From Phoronis australis (taxonomy: Eukaryota > Animalia > Phoronida): 64,000 bases of DNA. Location of the stretch: positions 293,502 to 357,501 of the forward strand of contig NMRA01000459.1 of NCBI GenBank assembly GCA_002633005.1, written 5' to 3'. Each line of letters begins with the position of its first letter. Within the stretch, counting starts at the first letter, position 1. The position numbers and the translations under genes were made by a program. This document shows positions 62,879 through 64,000 of the stretch, one piece after another. The notes beneath the pieces were generated by a model. It was not told the origin of the DNA, did not search any database, and saw only the letters and a list, made by a program, of their open reading frames with translations.

Positions 62879-64000
62879 TGGAATTTTTTCTGATTGTTGG
62901 TCCTCTCCATTACATGCAATTGTGCTTTGGGAATGAAGCATATAAGGATAACCCTTCATTTTTAATTTCATCCTGCGCTTTTCAATCCATGGAATTATAT
63001 ATTTAAATCCACGATGACTGAATGGTCTTGATTCTTAAAACCGTCATTTGTAATCGCATGACCGCCATGTTTTGTTAAAATTTTAATTTTTGCTCTGAAT
63101 GCGAATTTCTAAAAAGACTAAGCCGCGGCCAATTTGTGTGACTCGTGTTAGAACTGCCACGTATAGTGTCCCAAAAATTTACCAACACCTCATTACATCG
63201 TCGTTTAAATTCGATTAGTTTCCGTCTACAGTGGCGGATCTAGGATATCACAAGGGGGGCAACATTTTGTCTGTAAACATTTCCTCAAAGCACGATTGTA
63301 GATGCGCATAGCACCGAATGGGGGAGGTCGGGAGGGGGTTAGACCCCCTCCCGCCAGGAAAATGTTTCTGTTTTTTCCTCTAAAAATAAAGCATTTTCTA
63401 CGACACACATTGATTCAAAGATACCTACTTGTTTAAGATTCACAGCGTTTGCGCGCGAAACCTACTTCTTTTTGTAACATTTATTACACTTTTTATATTT
63501 AGTGCAGTCAGTTCGTAACAAATTTTGTTGTATTTAAAATAGTCTTCAGCTGCCCAAAAGACCAAATCCGTTTTTTGTGTTGGCATTAATGACGCGATTG
63601 CTTTGGAAATCGTCTTAAGTTAAGATTTGACAAAGAGAATTATGAGTTTCTGAGTGATTCACTAAGGTTTCGATTGAAATTCACATCTTCTGTTTTTCAT
63701 CGTCACTCAGATTCCATTTTCTTTAAAAATGAAGTAATTTTCTTCATTGCGCAGTGTAGCAGACGACGGAAACGGAGTCGTAGTGCGCAGCGCCACTGCC
63801 GGTCGTCTGAGATATCGCGGGAGAGCCTATACTTAGCCATAGTTCCGTTACGATTGCGCCGTGTTCCGAATTTGACACTTGAAATTGGATCTGAGCCCCC
63901 CCTACACTAAAACTACACACATTTAAATCTTGTTTCAGCCATATAATTCTAACTACTGGGGTTAATTAATAAACTCAACATTTCCCTACGCTCTTGCTGT

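Overview
This is eukaryotic, AT-rich, intron-containing DNA from a draft assembly, with an N-gap at 7518-8074 and single Ns at 14887, 40863 and 58072. A marine invertebrate origin is inferred from the repeat types. Three host genes were reconstructed by hand on the + strand: (1) the terminal exon of a PLAC8/cornifelin-family gene (14113-14354); (2) a complete 8-coding-exon GPS2 orthologue (44040-55273, about 340 aa, all splice phases consistent); (3) a small 10-Cys Ly6/uPAR (quiver-like), probably GPI-anchored protein gene (about 62025-62878) that the ORF track does not show as a unit. The rest is rich in transposable elements. A decayed HERO-like RLE non-LTR retrotransposon is split by an antisense Tx1/L1 insertion. 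There are CR1/L2- and RTE-X-like LINE fossils, an AcademX-like XPG fossil, a frameshifted THAP (Kolobok-like) fragment and a tRNA-derived SINE. Several MITE families have 5-bp target-site duplications (TSDs). Two non-autonomous Helentron (HINE)-like elements are present: one has four stacked 3' hairpins, and the other carries a co-oriented array of CTCF-consensus motifs in the first GPS2 coding intron. A 2.1-kb duplication of the GPS2 3' region starts exactly at an N and is probably two haplotypes assembled in tandem. I found no CRISPR array, rRNA or tRNA gene, and no demonstrably new multi-gene system. The best leads are the TE-borne CTCF-motif array, the hidden Ly6 gene and the nested-TE architectures.
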